A stretch of 64,000 nt of DNA, from contig WRLX01000002.1 of NCBI GenBank assembly GCA_009777415.1, positions 231-64,230 of the forward strand, written 5' to 3'. Positions within the stretch are counted from its first letter, which is position 1. The number at the start of each line of letters is the position of its first letter. The position numbers and the translations under genes were made by a program. The notes beneath the pieces were generated by a model. That model was not told the origin of the DNA, did not search any database, and worked only from the letters and a program-made list of their open reading frames with translations. The DNA is from Oscillospiraceae bacterium. Its GTDB lineage: Bacteria; Bacillota; Clostridia; Oscillospirales; Ruminococcaceae. Positions 1 to 9,438 of the stretch are shown here, piece after piece.

Positions 1-15
1 GTGAAAGCGTTATAA
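1..15 (+). CDS. rplC: 3' end of upstream gene, probably 50S protein L3 (partial)
   Basis: GTG AAA GCG TTA TAA directly before rplD; assignment from S10 operon gene order only. Confidence 0.5.
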   Translation: MKAL

Positions 16-79
16 AAGCGTTATGAGGGAATAGGGGCTAATCCATTCTTGAGGAACTATGAGGGGAGAGCATACTAAA

Positions 80-703
80 ATGGCAGATGTTAAGGTTTAC
101 GATATGTCGGGGAACGAAATTTCCGCGATTACGCTTGACGATGCAGTGTTCGGAGTTGAGCCAAATAGAGAGCTGATGCACGCGGCAGTTGTTAATTACC
201 TTGCCAATCAAAGGCAGGGGACACAATCGACATTAACGAGGACTGAGGTTCGCGGCGGCGGCAAAAAACCATGGAGGCAAAAAGGGACGGGGCGTGCAAG
301 GCACGGTTCGACCAGAAGCCCGATATGGAGGCACGGCGGAGTTGCACTTGCACCTAAGCCGAGGAGTTACCGCTACTCGCTTAATAAAAAGGTTAGGCGG
401 ATTGCCATGAAGTCGGCTTTGTCGGCGAAAGTGGCGGCAAGTGAAATGTTAGTTCTTGACGGGTTGAAAATGGACGAGTATAAAACAAAAAATGTTGTAA
501 AAATGCTCGGGGCTTTGAATGTAGACAGGAAAGCGTTGATAGTCCTTGATGCGGTTGATAAAAAGATTATTAAGAGTGCGGCGAACATTCCGGGAATTAA
601 GACTACACAAGTGAATACGCTTTGCGTTTATGATATTCTTAACCATGATAAGCTGATTGTTGTCAAAGATGCAGTTGCTAAAATCGAGGAGGTGTACGCA
701 TAA
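80..703 (+). CDS. rplD: 50S ribosomal protein L4
   Basis: RQGTQSTLTRTEVRGGGKKPWRQKGTGRAR motif; SD GAGGGGAG before ATG 80. Confidence 0.97.
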   Translation: MADVKVYDMSGNEISAITLDDAVFGVEPNRELMHAAVVNYLANQRQGTQSTLTRTEVRGGGKKPWRQKGTGRARHGSTRSPIWRHGGVALAPKPRSYRYSLNKKVRRIAMKSALSAKVAASEMLVLDGLKMDEYKTKNVVKMLGALNVDRKALIVLDAVDKKIIKSAANIPGIKTTQVNTLCVYDILNHDKLIVVKDAVAKIEEVYA

Positions 704-1002
704 TGCAGTTTATACCGCAGGATATTATCATAAGCCCGGTTATTACCGAGCGTTCAACTGATAATCTTACACAAGGCAAGTACACTTTTAAAGTAGATAA
801 ACGCGCGAACAAAATCGAAATCAAAAAAGCCGTTGAGGCATTGTTTGCGGGAGTTAAAGTCGCTAAAGTCAACACTATGAACGTCAAAGGTCAACTGAGA
901 CGTCAAAGAATGAAGCAAGGCTATACGGCAAGTTGGAAAAAAGCGATTGTGACTTTGGCTGAAGGTTCTAAGACTATTGAGTTTTTTGACGGAATGGTTT
1001 GA
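703..1002 (+). CDS. rplW: 50S ribosomal protein L23
   Basis: PVITERS...YTFKVDKRANKIEIKKAVE...WKKAIVTL; operon order. Confidence 0.97.
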   Translation: MQFIPQDIIISPVITERSTDNLTQGKYTFKVDKRANKIEIKKAVEALFAGVKVAKVNTMNVKGQLRRQRMKQGYTASWKKAIVTLAEGSKTIEFFDGMV

Positions 1003-1007
1003 TTTAT

Positions 1008-1103
1008 CAGAAAGGGTAAGGGTAAAATTTTGAAAGTGAATCTGCGTAAATGCGGAAAACGAAACTTTCAAAAGACGCTTATTCAGAAAGGGCAAGGGTA
1101 AAA
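1008..1103 (+). repeat. RBS-associated repeat family A (box-core-box, period 76)
   Basis: CAGAAAGGG(T/C)AAGGGTAAAA at 1008 and 1084 flank core TTTTGAAAGT-GAATCTGCGTAAATGCGGAAAACGAA-ACTTTCAAAA; ends 2 nt before rplB ATG. Confidence 0.95.
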
Positions 1104-1105
1104 AA

Positions 1106-1939
1106 ATGGCAATCAAATTTTATAAGCCAACTACGCCGGGACGCAGAGGTATGTCGGTTGTGGACTATTCGGGTCTTTCCAAGGTTAAGCCCGAAAAAAG
1201 CCTTTTGACACCTGTAAAAAAACATTCGGGACGCAGTGCGGGCGGTGAGATTACCGTAAGGCACAAGGGCGGCGGGAACAGAAGAAAATATAGAATCATT
1301 GATTTTAAGCGCAATAAATTGGATATGAATGCAACGGTTCTCACTTTGGAGTATGACCCTAATCGCACTTCGTTTATCGCTTTGGTAGAATACGAAGACG
1401 GCGAACGGCGATATATAATCGCACCCGATAAGTTGCAAGTAGGCGATATTGTACGCGCGGGAGCGGGTTCGGACATTAAAATCGGAAATGCGATGAAATT
1501 AATGGATATGCCTTTGGGTACCGTTGTTCACAATGTTGAGCTTTATCCGGGCAAAGGTGCTCAGTTGGTACGCAGTGCCGGAAACTCGGCACAGCTTATG
1601 GCGAAGGAAAATAACATGGCGTTGCTCAGACTGCCCAGCGGTGAGTTGCGGAATGTATCGGCTAAGTGTATGGCCACTATTGGGGTGGTGTCGAATCCCG
1701 ACCACGGGAACGTCAACCTCGGTAAAGCTGGAAGAGTTCGCCATATGGGTATTAAGCCTACTGTACGCGGCTCGGTAATGAATCCCTGTGACCACCCGCA
1801 TGGTGGCGGTGAGGGAAAATCACCTGTCGGCAGACCGGGACCTGTAACTCCGTGGGGTAAACCTGCGCTGGGATACAAAACCCGTAAATCCAACAAAAGT
1901 TCCGACAAGCTGATTGTTAAACGTCGCGGCAAGAAATAA
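1106..1939 (+). CDS. rplB: 50S ribosomal protein L2
   Basis: EYDPNR and [13 protein letters not shown] motifs. Confidence 0.98.
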   Translation: MAIKFYKPTTPGRRGMSVVDYSGLSKVKPEKSLLTPVKKHSGRSAGGEITVRHKGGGNRRKYRIIDFKRNKLDMNATVLTLEYDPNRTSFIALVEYEDGERRYIIAPDKLQVGDIVRAGAGSDIKIGNAMKLMDMPLGTVVHNVELYPGKGAQLVRSAGNSAQLMAKENNMALLRLPSGELRNVSAKCMATIGVVSNPDHGNVNLGKAGRVRHMGIKPTVRGSVMNPCDHPHGGGEGKSPVGRPGPVTPWGKPALGYKTRKSNKSSDKLIVKRRGKK

Positions 1940-1947
1940 CTGAAAAT

Positions 1948-1967
1948 TGCGGAAAGGGCATAGGTAA
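1948..1967 (+). repeat. Family A box only (no core) before rpsS
   Basis: TGCGGAAAGGGCATAGGTAA resembles the SD box of the family. Confidence 0.55.
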
Positions 1968-1973
1968 TTCATT

Positions 1974-2249
1974 ATGAGCAGAAGTGTTAAAAAAGGACCG
2001 TATGTTCAAGAAGCGTTGATTAAACGCGTTCGGGCGATGAATGAAAAGCAAGAGAAAAAAGTCATTAAAACATGGAGTCGTGCAAGCACTATATTCCCTG
2101 ATTTTATTGAACATACTTTTGCCGTTCACGATGGGAGAAGGCACGTTCCCGTGTATGTGACCGAAGACATGGTGGGTCATAAATTAGGCGAATTTGCGCC
2201 GACGAGGACTTACAGGGGTCATGCGGGCAGCAAGACGACCAAGAAATAG
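1974..2249 (+). CDS. rpsS: 30S ribosomal protein S19
   Basis: MSRSVKKGP...[14 protein letters not shown]. Confidence 0.98.
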   Translation: MSRSVKKGPYVQEALIKRVRAMNEKQEKKVIKTWSRASTIFPDFIEHTFAVHDGRRHVPVYVTEDMVGHKLGEFAPTRTYRGHAGSKTTKK

Positions 2250-2296
2250 GGTTGCAGGCCTTTTTTCAGAACTTATTTATTGAGGAGAATGTAGAA

Positions 2297-2638
2297 ATGG
2301 AAGCAAGAGCTGAACTTAAATATATTCGCATCAGTCCCCGAAAAGTCAAGATTGTTCTTGACTTAATAAGGAACAAAAAGTGTGTTGAGGCTATGGCTAT
2401 ATTGAGACATACCCCGAAATCTGCGAGCGAGCCTTTGCAGAAACTTCTTAAATCGGTTATGGCTAATGCGGAGAACAACCATGAGATGGATTTGTCCGAA
2501 TGTTATGTTTCCGAGTGCTATTGCGGACCGGGGGTTATTCTCAAGAGAATTAGACCTAAAGACCACGGACGCGCACACAGAATCTATAAGAGAACATCTC
2601 ACGTTGTTTTAGTTTTAAGAGAAGGGGAGAATGCATAA
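2297..2638 (+). CDS. rplV: 50S ribosomal protein L22
   Basis: [14 protein letters not shown]...ANAENN; ATG 2297 follows GAGGAG. Confidence 0.96.
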   Translation: MEARAELKYIRISPRKVKIVLDLIRNKKCVEAMAILRHTPKSASEPLQKLLKSVMANAENNHEMDLSECYVSECYCGPGVILKRIRPKDHGRAHRIYKRTSHVVLVLREGENA

Positions 2639-3561
2639 TGGGTCAGAAGGTAAATCCGCACGGACTTAGAGTTGGCGTTATAAAGGACTGGGATTCACGT
2701 TGGTTCGTGGGCAAAAGGGAATTCGGCGATACTTTAGTTGAGGATTTTATGATTCGCAAGTATTTGCTTGGAAAAACCTACACTAATGAGAAATCGCCCG
2801 TTCCGATGAAACCGGGTATTGCTAATGTTGAAATTGAACGCGATGCGACGAGGATAAAGATTTTTGTCCATACCGCCAAACCGGGGCTGTTAATCGGGCA
2901 AAAAGGTTCTGAAATTGAGAAAATCCGGGTAGCGATTGAGAAAATTACTAAAGGCAAGCCGGTTAATTTGAATATAGTTGAAGTTAAAGATGTTGACCTT
3001 ACGGCACAGTTGGTTGCCGAGGACATTGCGAAACAGCTTGAATCGCGTGCATCGTTTAGGCGTGCAATGAAACTCAGCATTAAGAAGACAATGGATGCCG
3101 GGGCACACGGAATCAAGACTATGGCATCGGGAAGACTCGGCGGGGCGGAGATTGCCCGTTCCGAGAGCTATCATGAGGGTACTATTCCTTTGCATACAAT
3201 CCGCGCTGATATTGACTATGCGACTGCGGAAGCTAATACCACCTACGGGATTATCGGTGTTAAGGTGTGGATTTATAAAGGCGAGGTTCTTAAAGGCGAA
3301 GCAGGTGCGAAACAGCGTCAAATCGCCGACAGGAGCAAAAAACGCCGCGAAGACCGCCCGCGCAATGACAGAGACAGGGGTGACCGTCGTGAACGCCGTG
3401 ACTTTAACAGAGGTGACAGACCGGGTGGCGACCGTCGTTTCGGCGGACGTGGCGGAAGAGATGACAGACCTGCAGGGCCGAAACCGCAAGGCGGGGTCAG
3501 AAGTGCTCCCGCGCCGAGACCGACAGCACCTGCTCCTGAGCAAACAACAGCATCAGAATAA
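2638..3561 (+). CDS. rpsC: 30S ribosomal protein S3 with long R/D/G- and P-rich C-terminal tail
   Basis: [11 protein letters not shown]...[13 protein letters not shown]...[10 protein letters not shown]. Confidence 0.97.
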   Translation: MGQKVNPHGLRVGVIKDWDSRWFVGKREFGDTLVEDFMIRKYLLGKTYTNEKSPVPMKPGIANVEIERDATRIKIFVHTAKPGLLIGQKGSEIEKIRVAIEKITKGKPVNLNIVEVKDVDLTAQLVAEDIAKQLESRASFRRAMKLSIKKTMDAGAHGIKTMASGRLGGAEIARSESYHEGTIPLHTIRADIDYATAEANTTYGIIGVKVWIYKGEVLKGEAGAKQRQIADRSKKRREDRPRNDRDRGDRRERRDFNRGDRPGGDRRFGGRGGRDDRPAGPKPQGGVRSAPAPRPTAPAPEQTTASE

Positions 3562-3632
3562 TAGAACTTATCCCGGCAATTATAGGTATATTTGTTAAAA
3601 TTTCCTGTGAGAAGCCTATGAGGAGGACTAAA

Positions 3633-4079
3633 ATGTTAATTCCCAAGAGAGTTAAATATAGAAGGCAACATCGCGGACGTATGAAAGGAAAAGCAACACG
3701 CGGAAATGTGGTTAGTAACGGCGAATTTGGTTTGCAGGCATTAGAGCCATCGTGGATTACGTCTAATCAAATTGAGGCTGCGCGTATTGCTATGACACGC
3801 TACATCAAGCGTGGCGGTCAAGTTTGGATTAAAATTTTCCCGCATAAACCTGTTACCGAAAAACCCGCTGAAACGCGCATGGGTTCAGGTAAAGGCTCGC
3901 CCGAATATTGGGTAGCGGTTGTAAAACCCGGCAGAGTTATGTTTGAGATTGCCGGAGTTTCCGAGGAAACGGCACGTGAAGCTATGCGTTTGGCAATGCA
4001 TAAGTTGCCTGTTAAATGCAAGTTTATTAAAAAAGAGGACACGGTTGACGAGGCGGCGGCTAAGGAGGTCAGTGAATAA
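3633..4079 (+). CDS. rplP: 50S ribosomal protein L16
   Basis: [15 protein letters not shown]...RMGSGKG. Confidence 0.98.
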   Translation: MLIPKRVKYRRQHRGRMKGKATRGNVVSNGEFGLQALEPSWITSNQIEAARIAMTRYIKRGGQVWIKIFPHKPVTEKPAETRMGSGKGSPEYWVAVVKPGRVMFEIAGVSEETAREAMRLAMHKLPVKCKFIKKEDTVDEAAAKEVSE

Positions 4080-4300
4080 TGAAAAAGAATGTAAATGAAT
4101 TCAGAGACCTTTCCGAGTTGGAGCTTGATAAAAAGGTTGTTGATTTAAAACAAGAGCTTTTTAACCTCCGTTTTCAGCTTGCAGTAAACCAGCTTGATAA
4201 TCCGATGAGAATAAAAGCGGTTAAAAAGCAGATTGCCATAATCAAGACAATACAGCGTGAGCGTCAACTTGCGAGCGCGGTAAGCGTTAGGGAGGCGTGA
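4079..4300 (+). CDS. rpmC: 50S ribosomal protein L29
   Basis: [11 protein letters not shown]...LDNP. Confidence 0.96.
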   Translation: MKKNVNEFRDLSELELDKKVVDLKQELFNLRFQLAVNQLDNPMRIKAVKKQIAIIKTIQRERQLASAVSVREA

Positions 4301-4305
4301 GGGAA

Positions 4306-4572
4306 ATGAGTGATACTATTATTAGAAATCTGAGAAAAACGAGAGTCGGCTTGGTTTCGAGCAATAAAATGGATAAAACTATTGTTGTTGAAATCGAGGA
4401 CAAGGTTCGCCATCCGTTATATAAGAAAATCGTGAAGCGTACAATTAAGTTTAAGGCGCATGACGAAGAAAACAGTTGTAACATCGGCGATAAAGTTGAA
4501 ATTATGGAAACACGCCCGCTTTCTAAGGACAAACGGTGGAGACTTGTAAAAATCCTTGAGAGAGTGAAATAA
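4306..4572 (+). CDS. rpsQ: 30S ribosomal protein S17
   Basis: KMDKTIVV...HPLYKK...[11 protein letters not shown]. Confidence 0.97.
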   Translation: MSDTIIRNLRKTRVGLVSSNKMDKTIVVEIEDKVRHPLYKKIVKRTIKFKAHDEENSCNIGDKVEIMETRPLSKDKRWRLVKILERVK

Positions 4573-4605
4573 GGTATATTGACAGAGCGAATTATCGGAA
4601 TTTAA

Positions 4606-4684
4606 GAGTTTGAAAATTAAGAAAGGGCGAACACCGTGTGCAAACGATTCATTGTTGTGCAGGGTAGGCGCATGGTCATAAAAG
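4606..4684 (+). repeat. Repeat family B copy 1, before rplN
   Basis: GTTTGAAAATTAAGAAAGGGCGAACACCGTGTGC...TTGTGCAGGGTAGGCGCATGGTCATAAAA; aligns by eye with 50974-51058 and 53201-53284. Confidence 0.7.
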
Positions 4685-5053
4685 ATGATACAGATGCAAT
4701 CGCGGTTAAAGGTTGCCGATAATACTGGTGCTAAGGAAATTATGTGCATTAGGGTATTAGGCGGAACACGCAGAAAATATGCCAATATCGGAGACGTGAT
4801 TGTTGCGTCGGTTAAAAAAGCCAGTCCGGGCGGTACTGTGAAAAAGGGCGAAGTGGTGAGATGCGTTGTTGTGCGTTCCGCTACGGGAGTCCGCAGAGCT
4901 GACGGCACGTATATTCGCTTTGATGAAAATGCGGCGGTTATAATAAAAGAAGATAAAAATCCGAGAGGAACACGTATTTTCGGGCCGGTGGCGAGGGAAC
5001 TCCGCGAAAAAGAATACATTAAGATTCTTTCATTGGCTCCCGAGGTTTTGTAA
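4685..5053 (+). CDS. rplN: 50S ribosomal protein L14
   Basis: VADNTGAKE...[12 protein letters not shown]. Confidence 0.98.
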   Translation: MIQMQSRLKVADNTGAKEIMCIRVLGGTRRKYANIGDVIVASVKKASPGGTVKKGEVVRCVVVRSATGVRRADGTYIRFDENAAVIIKEDKNPRGTRIFGPVARELREKEYIKILSLAPEVL

Positions 5054-5135
5054 GAAGCGGGCTTTTATACTTTCGCCCGGTCTGCCGACCGTTGCAAAAT
5101 TATCTAATAAGTGAAAGGAACTCTTTGTAAAAATT

Positions 5136-5486
5136 ATGAATAGTTTACACGTTAAAAAAGGCGATACCGTTGTTCTTAAAACCGGGAAATACTCCGACAA
5201 GTTTTCTAAGCCCGGTGTCCGCAGAACAGGGAAGGTTGTCGCAGTAAGCCCTAAAGAGGGCAAGGTCATAGTTGAAGGAATAAACAAGGTTAAAAAACAC
5301 GTTAAACCCAAGCAAATGGGGCAGCCGGGCGGAATAATTGATGCCGAAGCTCCGATTTACGCTTGTAAAGTGCAGGTGGTTTGCCCGAAATGTGATAAAC
5401 CGACCCGCATCGGTCACAGCTTTAAGGAAATTAAAGGCGAGACAAAAAAAGTCAGAGTCTGCAAAAAATGCGGGGCGACACTGTAG
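5136..5486 (+). CDS. rplX: 50S ribosomal protein L24
   Basis: VKKGDTV KOW motif, [10 protein letters not shown]. Confidence 0.96.
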   Translation: MNSLHVKKGDTVVLKTGKYSDKFSKPGVRRTGKVVAVSPKEGKVIVEGINKVKKHVKPKQMGQPGGIIDAEAPIYACKVQVVCPKCDKPTRIGHSFKEIKGETKKVRVCKKCGATL

Positions 5487-5568
5487 GGGGCGGCATTTAA
5501 GGCTTATAGTAACAGGAGCGGTAAAAAGGATTTGACTTTTTGCTTCCTAAAAGGAGAGTAATCAAAAA

Positions 5569-6108
5569 ATGGCAAGATTAAAGGCTTATTATAAGGAAAC
5601 TGTTCTTCCCGCACTTTTTAAAAAATTTGGGTATAAGAGCGTAATGCAGGTTCCTAAATTAGAGAAAATTACGATAAACGTGGGTTGCGGCGAGGCTAAG
5701 GACAATCCTAAGGTTATCGACAGCATTATGAACGATTTGAAAGCAATTACCGGGCAAAAACCCGTTATTTGCAAAGCAAAGAAGTCGGTTGCTAACTTCA
5801 AATTGCGCGAAGGCAATGTAATCGGTGTTAAGCTTACGCTTAGGGATAAAATTATGTATGAATTCCTTGACAGGCTGTTTAATGTTGCGTTGCCCCGTGT
5901 AAGAGACTTTCGGGGGATTAGCCCCAACTCTTTTGACGGACGCGGCAATTATTCAGTGGGCATTAAAGAGCAGTTGATTTTTCCGGAAATTGAATATGAT
6001 AAAATCGACACAATCAGAGGAATGGACATAAACTTTGTTACCACGGCGAAAACCGATGAAGAGGCGAAGGAATTGCTCACCTTAATGGGTGCACCGTTTG
6101 CTAAATAA
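5569..6108 (+). CDS. rplE: 50S ribosomal protein L5
   Basis: LPRVRDFRG...FDGRGNY...IFPEI. Confidence 0.98.
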   Translation: MARLKAYYKETVLPALFKKFGYKSVMQVPKLEKITINVGCGEAKDNPKVIDSIMNDLKAITGQKPVICKAKKSVANFKLREGNVIGVKLTLRDKIMYEFLDRLFNVALPRVRDFRGISPNSFDGRGNYSVGIKEQLIFPEIEYDKIDTIRGMDINFVTTAKTDEEAKELLTLMGAPFAK

Positions 6109-6177
6109 AATCTAACTAAAAACACCTAATAAAACAAAGTGTATCAGCTTTGATACTCTAATAATGGGGAGATAAAA

Positions 6178-6387
6178 ATGGCGAAGAAATCTATGATTGC
6201 TAAACAGCAACGCGCTATAATTGCTAAACAGCTCGGCAAACCGAAGGCATCTACCCGCGCCTACAATCGTTGCAAACTTTGCGGCAGACCGCACGCTTAT
6301 TTGCGCAAGTTTGGAGTTTGCAGGATTTGTTTCAGGGAATTAGCATATAAGGGGCATATCCCCGGTGTGAGAAAATCATCGTGGTAA
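6178..6387 (+). CDS. rpsN: 30S ribosomal protein S14, zinc type, with 8-aa internal duplication
   Basis: RCKLCGRP...CRICFRE. Confidence 0.97.
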   Translation: MAKKSMIAKQQRAIIAKQLGKPKASTRAYNRCKLCGRPHAYLRKFGVCRICFRELAYKGHIPGVRKSSW

Positions 6388-6459
6388 TAGTTTGGGTGTT
6401 GCACCCTACTAACAACTAATTAACTATTTACTAACAACTATCAGGGGAGGAAAAAAATA

Positions 6460-6858
6460 ATGCACGTTACCGACACTATCGCAGATATGCTGACGAGAAT
6501 ACGTAATGCCAATTCGGCAAAGCATCCGATTGTTGATATTCCGTGTTCTAACGAAAAAAAGCAGATAGCGCAGATTCTTCAAGACGAAGGGTATATAAAA
6601 AATTACAGAATTATTGAAGATAATAAGCAGGGCATACTCCGAATTGTATTGAGGTACACCGAAAACAGAGCTCAAGTTATTACCGGATTGCGCAGGGTTT
6701 CTAAGCCGGGGCTTAGGATTTATTCGAACTCGCGCGAAATGCCGAAAGTAATGAAAGGGCTTGGAATCGCTATTGTGTCTACCTCTAAGGGGATTATGAC
6801 CGACAGGCGGGCAAGAGCCGAGCAAGTCGGTGGCGAAGTCCTTGCGTTTGTTTGGTGA
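6460..6858 (+). CDS. rpsH: 30S ribosomal protein S8
   Basis: [13 protein letters not shown]...SKPGLRIY...GGEVL. Confidence 0.98.
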   Translation: MHVTDTIADMLTRIRNANSAKHPIVDIPCSNEKKQIAQILQDEGYIKNYRIIEDNKQGILRIVLRYTENRAQVITGLRRVSKPGLRIYSNSREMPKVMKGLGIAIVSTSKGIMTDRRARAEQVGGEVLAFVW

Positions 6859-6946
6859 ATTTTGCCGTGAAGAACTGACTAAACACAGGAGTTACTGAGT
6901 CGGTTAGGCAGAATTAGATAGTATAACGATTTATACGGGGATAACG

Positions 6947-7027
6947 AAGTTTGAAAGTAAATCTGCGTAAATGCGGAAAACGAGGCTTTCAACGGCACAT
7001 TTGTGCAGAAGGGGCATGGGTAAAAAA
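6947..7027 (+). repeat. Family A single unit before rplF
   Basis: AAGTTTGAAAGTAAATCTGCGTAAATGCGGAAAACGAGGCTTTCAACGGCACATTTGTGCAGAAGGGGCATGGGTAAAAAA then ATG. Confidence 0.95.
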
Positions 7028-7573
7028 ATGTCGAGAATTGGTAAATTGCCTATTTCTGTTCCTGCGGGAGTGGATGTAAATATTGATGGTTACTCTGTGA
7101 CTGTAAAGGGTCCTAAGGGGACTCTTTCGAGGGAGTTTAAGCCGTCTATGAAAATAACGCTCGATAACGGGGTACTCGCTGTTACTCCCGAAACAGAGAG
7201 CAAGACTGACCGTTCACTTCACGGTTTGACGAGAACTCTTTTAAACAACATGGTCACGGGAGTCACCGTTGGGTTTAAAAAAGAGCTTGAAATTCATGGT
7301 GTTGGGTATCGTTGTCAGAAAAAGGGGAAAGAACTTGATTTGACGCTGGGTTTTTCGCACCCTGTAGTTGTTTCCGATACTGAGGACATAACCATTGAAG
7401 CACCCGCCCCCAATAAGATTATTATCAACGGGATTGACAATCAAAAGGTGGGGCAGTTTGCCGCCGAGGTGAGGGGACTGCGTCCTCCCGAACCGTATAA
7501 AGGCAAAGGCATACGTTACGTAGATGAAGTCGTCAGACGTAAAGAGGGTAAAGCAGGTAAAGGCAAAAAATAA
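7028..7573 (+). CDS. rplF: 50S ribosomal protein L6
   Basis: MSRIGK...PEPYKGKGI; the longer ORF-track start reads through the repeat. Confidence 0.97.
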   Translation: MSRIGKLPISVPAGVDVNIDGYSVTVKGPKGTLSREFKPSMKITLDNGVLAVTPETESKTDRSLHGLTRTLLNNMVTGVTVGFKKELEIHGVGYRCQKKGKELDLTLGFSHPVVVSDTEDITIEAPAPNKIIINGIDNQKVGQFAAEVRGLRPPEPYKGKGIRYVDEVVRRKEGKAGKGKK

Positions 7574-7589
7574 TCTAAGGACAAATGAT

Positions 7590-7668
7590 AAAAGTTTGAA
7601 CTCAATCCGTTGTGAATTGTGAAAATTAACTTTTATGGCGAATTTGTGTAGGAGGTCATTGGTAAATT
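7590..7668 (+). repeat. Degenerate family A unit before rplR
   Basis: AAAAGTTTGAA...GAAAATTAACTTTTATGGCGAATTTGTGTAGGAGGTCATTGGTAAA colinear with the consensus. Confidence 0.65.
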
Positions 7669-8028
7669 ATGATAAAACCTATTAATAAAAACGAAAACAG
7701 ACTGCGCAGGCATAAGCGCGTGAGAGGTAAAATCAGCGGCACTGCCGAACGTCCGCGTTTGAACGTGTTTCGTTCCGCTAACCATATGTACGCTCAGTTG
7801 ATTGACGATGTTAAAGGTGTAACTATTTGCTCTGCGTCGACTACTGAAAAGGCTTTTACCGAATTTGGCGGAAATGTTGCGGCGGCGAAAAAAATCGGAC
7901 TGTCAATTGCCGAAAAAGGCAAAAGCGCGGGGATTACCGATGTTGTATTTGACCGTTCGGGCTATGTCTATCACGGGAGAGTTGCGGCGGTTGCCGAAGG
8001 CGCACGCGAGGGCGGACTTAAATTCTGA
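7669..8028 (+). CDS. rplR: 50S ribosomal protein L18
   Basis: RPRLNVFRS...[14 protein letters not shown]. Confidence 0.98.
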   Translation: MIKPINKNENRLRRHKRVRGKISGTAERPRLNVFRSANHMYAQLIDDVKGVTICSASTTEKAFTEFGGNVAAAKKIGLSIAEKGKSAGITDVVFDRSGYVYHGRVAAVAEGAREGGLKF

Positions 8029-8059
8029 GTTATAAATTCTATACTGGGAGATATATACG

Positions 8060-8569
8060 ATGGCATTATTAAACGCATCTGATTACAAGCTCACCGAAAA
8101 GGTGGTAAATATTAAAAGGGTATCTAAGACCGTTAAAGGCGGACGGATTATGAAAATTTCCGCACTCGTAGTTATCGGTGACGGTAACGGTGTTGTCGGA
8201 TTCGGGATGGGAAAATCCAACGAAGTCCCCGATGCAATACGCAAAGCAATTGAGGACGCTAAGAAAAGCTTGGTGCAAATCACCCTTAAAGATACCACTA
8301 TTCCCCATGAATTTGTCGGCAAGTACGGCGCGGGTGAGGTTTTGCTTAAACCTGCCCCCGAAGGTACCGGTGTTATTGCCGGCGGTCCTGTTCGTGCGGT
8401 TGTTGAGGCGGCAGGGATTAAAAACATTCGTACAAAATCATTGCGTTCGAACAACCCGTGTAATGTGGTAAGAGCGACTATGCAGGGGTTGTTGGCGATG
8501 AGAAGCGCGGAAGAAGTCGCACAGCTCAGGGGTAAGTCTGTTAAACAGATTTTGACTTCTAAGGCGTAA
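8060..8569 (+). CDS. rpsE: 30S ribosomal protein S5
   Basis: KTVKGGR...[12 protein letters not shown]. Confidence 0.98.
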   Translation: MALLNASDYKLTEKVVNIKRVSKTVKGGRIMKISALVVIGDGNGVVGFGMGKSNEVPDAIRKAIEDAKKSLVQITLKDTTIPHEFVGKYGAGEVLLKPAPEGTGVIAGGPVRAVVEAAGIKNIRTKSLRSNNPCNVVRATMQGLLAMRSAEEVAQLRGKSVKQILTSKA

Positions 8570-8606
8570 AATTAGTGTGTTGACTAAACATTAACCGAGT
8601 TATTTC

Positions 8607-8687
8607 AAGGTTTGGAAGTGGAATTTGCGTAAGTGCGGAAAACGAAACTTTCATGATGTTTTTGTGCAGGAAGGGAATGGGTGAAAA
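8607..8687 (+). repeat. Family A single unit before rpmD
   Basis: AAGGTTTGGAAGTGGAATTTGCGTAAGTGCGGAAAACGAAACTTTCATG...TTTGTGCAGGAAGGGAATGGGTGAAAA. Confidence 0.9.
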
Positions 8688-8692
8688 TTATT

Positions 8693-8860
8693 ATGAGGAT
8701 TAAACTTGTGAAGTCCTTAATTGGGCGTAAGGATTCGCATATAGCGACTGCTAAGTCTTTGGGCTTAAAAAAAATCGGCGATGTTACCGAGCAACCGGAC
8801 AACGCTGCCACTAATGGGAAAATAAAAGAAATTTCGTATTTAATAGAGGTGTTGTCATGA
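8693..8860 (+). CDS. rpmD: 50S ribosomal protein L30 (not in ORF track)
   Basis: Manual translation [55 protein letters not shown]; lies between rpsE and rplO; alternative GTG start at 8681. Confidence 0.93.
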   Translation: MRIKLVKSLIGRKDSHIATAKSLGLKKIGDVTEQPDNAATNGKIKEISYLIEVLS

Positions 8861-9399
8861 AACTTCACGAATTATCACCTGCAAAGGGTTCAAACAGGGA
8901 AAGTAAGCGCATCGGTCGTGGTCACGGCTCCGGTTGGGGTAAGACTTCCGGAAAAGGACACAAGGGTCAATGGGCGCGTGCGGGCGGCGGTGTCAGACCG
9001 GGCTTTGAGGGCGGTCAGACTTCTCTTGCGCGTCGTATGCCTAAAAGAGGGTTTAACAATGTTTTCAAAACCGAATATGCCATTGTTAATATCCGCGATT
9101 TGGAAAAACGCTTTGAGTCGGGCGATGTGGTTGACGAACAGGCTATTATTGCGTCGGGGCTGATAAAAAAGCCGTTAGACGGAATAAAAGTTCTCGGTAT
9201 GGGTGACCTCACAAAAAAGCTGAATGTTAAAGTGACTAAAATTTCCGAATCGGCTAAACAGAAGATTCAAGGCGCAGGCGGGCAGGCGGAAGAGCTTCCC
9301 GAAAAAGCCAAGTTTCTTCCTAACAATCAAAATGCCAGAAATCGCGCCGAAAAAGCCAAAAATGGCGGTGTCGGTTCTGTGGCAAAGTCAAAGAAATAA
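8857..9399 (+). CDS. rplO: 50S ribosomal protein L15 with C-terminal extension
   Basis: RIGRGHGSG...GFEGGQ. Confidence 0.97.
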   Translation: MKLHELSPAKGSNRESKRIGRGHGSGWGKTSGKGHKGQWARAGGGVRPGFEGGQTSLARRMPKRGFNNVFKTEYAIVNIRDLEKRFESGDVVDEQAIIASGLIKKPLDGIKVLGMGDLTKKLNVKVTKISESAKQKIQGAGGQAEELPEKAKFLPNNQNARNRAEKAKNGGVGSVAKSKK

Positions 9400-9438
9400 A
9401 ACTTTGAGAGTTAAAGCTTTTCAAGAAAGGATGACAAG

